Assembly: GCA_965644265.1 (NCBI GenBank)
Contig: OZ286472.1
Location: 9,362,001-9,426,000, forward strand
Source of the DNA: Glycera tridactyla
Lineage: Eukaryota
Length of the DNA: 64,000 bases
Reading direction: 5' to 3'
The notes under the pieces were generated by a model that had not been told where the DNA came from, ran no database searches, and was given only the letters and a program-made list of their open reading frames with translations. Position numbers and translations under genes: made by a program. Below are positions 62,099 through 64,000 of this stretch, one piece after another. Within the stretch, counting starts at the first letter, position 1, and each line of letters starts with the position of its first letter.

Positions 62099-64000
62099 AG
62101 CATTTGTATTACCATATCTTCACACACCCCTCCCGGAGTATCTTCACATATAGCTCCAAAATGATGAATGATGTTTCAAAAAACGAAAATTGCGGATCAA
62201 AGGGTGCACTTCACTTCCTGAGATTGTGAGATGGATGCAAGGGAACTATTTTTCTGTTTTTGCATGGTTTTTTGGCATGAATTCTGCTTTATTGAGAAAG
62301 ATTCATTGAAGGAAATTGAACATCATGGATATATCATTGTGCAAGATATTGTATGGGGCAGAGATCGCCAGTGGGGTGCAGCACGAGGTTGGGACTTCTG
62401 ACAACTGCTTCTGTGTTTTTCCGGTAAGAAGGCAAAATATCCACACACAAAATAAGATCTAATTGGGATACAATATACAAGAAAATGCAGCCTGCCTCAC
62501 GGACAAGGTCATCATTCCCCAGTGATAATCCTGGCTTCTGAATACGCAGAACCTTTTTTGTTGATCGACATCAATTGATTCCATGCAACCATGGAATTCT
62601 GCAGTGGAGCTTGAAGTTAAGCATAGTGACGGGGAAAGGGGATAATATCGGCAAGTCCTTGAAATTAAAACTGTGGCCTTCTACTGTCTGTATCCCATTG
62701 ATCGGAGCTGTGTGGATTCAAACACTTCCGGCGAGATTTAATGGTGAATTTAATGATGACACCAGGATTCCATGTAAGCAAACATGGCGCCATCATGCTT
62801 CTGGAAATGAGCATCTCATGTCATCAACGAGCAAACTTCCAATCCCAACATCATCTTTGTTTGATTTCATTCTCCAATCAATTCACACCCCTCCGAAATG
62901 ACACCCATGTTGAATGTAGGCTTGATGAACGCTAGCCAACCACCACACCGAAAGCTGGTGGATCAGTACCACCTTAACCACCTTAGCTTTCCCGAAAGCT
63001 TGCTAGACTTTCAAGAAATCACAGTGCGCATACGTTTTGATCTTCATCCATGACCTTAACTTCAGTTGTATCATTCAGGTTTTACATCCAAGATCAAATG
63101 GGTTTAGTCGGTTTCACGCAAAATTTATTCTGTATCATCCAAGATTTTCATCAAGAGTTGGACCTTGACTACGGGTGCACCCTCAACTATCTTTTCATTT
63201 GTACGGATGGCCAGAAATGATATCTGGTAATCTATTCCACTCATTAATTACTTCCCATATTTGGGTTTGGATCGCAGAATTGAAAGATGGCTACCCAGCT
63301 CACCCATGTTTTGCAAAATCTATGTCACATTCTGAAAATTGAGATATTAATCTTTTTATCACTCCTGATTTTTTTTTCATTTTCAGGTTCATGCACCTTA
63401 TTCGAAAGATGATAACATAGTGCGCTGCCCTCTAAATGATCAGGCGTCCTTTGGATTCTACACCCTCAATGTAATCATGGTGGAAAAAGGTACAAATTCT
63501 ACATTCCTTATTTCCAATAAAAATGGTGAAAAATAAGCTGTTGTATAAAGATCAATGCTGGCAACAAGCTAATCATGACCTGTGAAAATTACATCAATTC
63601 CTGTGATCTCCCATCCATCATCAGCTGATATAAGATGACAAGAACATTAGGCTGCATGTGATCAATCAATCAATCAATCTACAAGGTAGGAGGGGGGGGG
63701 GTCGTACATGCATCCCATCTCCGACATAATTTGGGACATAATTTGCGCCTAAATGATAGAGTATTGCTATTCAACAATGACAAACATTTATCCCAATAAA
63801 GGCAACTGCCATCTGGTGTGACCTAGTATCGTGGGTCATGACCTGAGTCGGATCAGGGAATATTCCCTAATATCATTCATGGGAATTATCCTCCGTACTC
63901 GGCCATGTCATATAGCAGTAGGAAGTAATCATTACTCAGGGTGGATGATCACTATGGCGTCAACCTCTCACTCGCTGACCTCTCTCAGCCAGAATACAAT

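Noticed and set aside
62920-63005. TGATGAA...CCGAAAGCT and a second CGAAAGCTT, possibly further hammerhead remnants
   Set aside because: No convincing stem II; core incomplete.
18455-63701. Scattered poly-G/poly-C runs (e.g. 27160, 31240, 56519, 58233, 59686)
   Set aside because: Potential G-quadruplex tracts, but common in such genomes and error-prone in assembly; no pattern found.
1-64000. rRNA, tRNA or snRNA genes
   Set aside because: No complete cloverleaf or conserved rRNA/snRNA motif recognised by eye.

Overview
Repeat-rich, AT-rich animal genomic DNA (roughly 60% AT by eye; the repeat types suggest a lophotrochozoan invertebrate, which is inference) with six short assembly gaps. No host protein-coding gene could be recognised, so the window looks intergenic or deep-intronic. 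Main contents: (1) the 5' end of an apparently young non-LTR retrotransposon on the minus strand. Its stop-free ORF1 (1587 to <1, at least 529 codons; coiled coil + RRM + CTD) is missing from the supplied ORF track because it runs off the window edge. (2) A 5.5-kb Academ-type (AcademX, XPG-domain) DNA transposon relic at 6614-12089 with ~550-bp imperfect TIRs and a decayed, internally deleted transposase. (3) Several Penelope-like (PLE) 3'-end fragments and six related minimal hammerhead-ribozyme-like motifs. (4) More than 20 TA-flanked CAGT..ACTG MITEs, most about 180 bp. (5) Seven co-oriented copies of a SINE-like family, plus RTE and L2 3' fragments, a 620-bp element ending in a 113-bp palindrome, 28-bp and 34-bp minisatellites, and microsatellites. 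Family assignments come from motif recognition, not database searches.
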